Shown: positions 60,775-61,690 of the stretch, piece by piece
How positions within the stretch are numbered: the stretch's first letter is position 1
How the letters are laid out: each line of letters begins with the position of its first letter
Assembly: GCA_029855935.1 (NCBI GenBank)
Contig: JAGSHN010000003.1
Coordinates: forward strand, 1 to 61,690
Reading direction: 5' to 3'
DNA from: Candidatus Thorarchaeota archaeon
GTDB lineage: Archaea; Asgardarchaeota; Thorarchaeia; Thorarchaeales; Thorarchaeaceae
Length of the DNA stretch: 61,690 nucleotides
Program-made: the position numbers and the translations under genes
Notes under the pieces: generated by a model
Seen by the model: only the letters and a program-made list of their open reading frames with translations
What the model was told of the DNA's origin: nothing
Databases searched by the model: none

Positions 60775-61530
60775 GTGCGGTACAACTCGCGACTCTTTGT
60801 TCGAGTCACACTCTTAGTACTCGGTCTGTTGTTGTGTTCTGTGGTGACCACGGTCCAGGTATTGGCACAGGAGCCTACCCGAACTAGTGTCACACTCCCC
60901 GAGTACGTGCTGAGCTGCTACGATTCTGTCAACAAGGGGTTTGGGTCTCGACCCGGGGAGAACGCAACGTTGGAATCGACGCTGGAGGCTGTTCGGCTCC
61001 TTGTGGGAGAGACAGACACTGCTGCCTGGTCGGTGGAGTTACGACAGGCTGTGGACGAGATTGTTGAGCACTATGTGTCGCTACAGGTTGACGGTCGTGG
61101 TGGGTTTGCGTTCTCAGAGGGGGAGGCCCCTGACGTGCAGGCGACGGCGCTGATACTCGAGACGCTGCGTGTCCTGAATCGCCTCGATGCAATTGACATC
61201 GACGGAGTAGTTCGGTATCTCCGCATATCCTCGTATGGTCATGGACGAACAGGATTTACTCTGGACCGGTGGTTGACAGAGGGCGACTTTGAGTACAAGT
61301 ACTGGATGCTCCGTGCAGCAGCAGCGATTGATGGTGTTCCGGACAGTAGTGGAGTCCCGATTGCGGGGCCTGAGACCATTGGCCTGACGCGGATCAGTCT
61401 GCATCGGCACGTCTTGGCGCCAGAGGCGAATCGTGCGGACTTTCCCGAGAACGAGCCGTATCTGGTCTGGGGTCAGACTTTATTCTCGCAGGGGAGAGGT
61501 CTGGACGCCGACTATGCAAGTCCGGAATGA
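60775..61530 (+). CDS. Secreted protein with prenyltransferase/squalene-oxidase-like repeats, possibly truncated
   Basis: Signal peptide; YV.S......GF...PG....L.ST..A and YVSLQ....GGF......PD..AT...L..L..L repeats. Confidence 0.6.
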   Translation: MRYNSRLFVRVTLLVLGLLLCSVVTTVQVLAQEPTRTSVTLPEYVLSCYDSVNKGFGSRPGENATLESTLEAVRLLVGETDTAAWSVELRQAVDEIVEHYVSLQVDGRGGFAFSEGEAPDVQATALILETLRVLNRLDAIDIDGVVRYLRISSYGHGRTGFTLDRWLTEGDFEYKYWMLRAAAAIDGVPDSSGVPIAGPETIGLTRISLHRHVLAPEANRADFPENEPYLVWGQTLFSQGRGLDADYASPE

Positions 61531-61690
61531 GCAACGAGTCACAGTGCCTTTGAATGAAGTTAGGATAGAGAGTAAGAGGATGTATGCATTGTGTGACTGC
61601 GTGGAGGGATAGAAGAAGGAAGGTAGGAGTCGTGGTCAACAGCGAGGCGGGGCGCTGCGAGTTCACCTGTCCGTCGACCGGGCTCCGCAC

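Overview
GC-rich archaeal genomic window, most consistent with an Asgard (Thorarchaeota-like) archaeon. This is inferred from the stand-alone archaeal 23S rRNA with an enlarged ES39-type segment, the 24-aa 'VDLSPL..C' LRR protein, and the archaeal gene set and promoters. Contents in order: TrmO; a group 3b [NiFe] hydrogenase operon (hydBGDA); IPCT/DIPPS-like genes; MgtE and TrkA-C genes; a tupABC-moa/moe Moco/W-cofactor operon; merA; an opine dehydrogenase plus a fused B12-binding/glutamate-mutase-like gene; transketolase; sufC/sufBD; PEBP; a ferritin-like protein; an ECF S-component divergent from a PLP-lysine-less threonine-synthase/PadR fusion; SOR; serS; repair glycosylases; a pair of tandem wHTH proteins; a RuvC-less TnpB-like protein; bacterial-type RNase PH; the 23S rRNA gene; an LRR protein. 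Most striking observations: (1) the peptidyl-transferase centre of the 23S rRNA is interrupted by two BHB/BHL-type introns (33 nt and 285 nt) that isolate a 10-nt micro-exon; (2) a probable vitamin-B6-sensing pseudo-enzyme transcription factor with a palindromic operator and ECF transporter; (3) a TnpB/Cas12f-like recognition lobe with no nuclease domain; (4) an uncharacterised AdoCbl mutase-opine dehydrogenase operon. All assignments come from motif recognition by eye; no searches were run.
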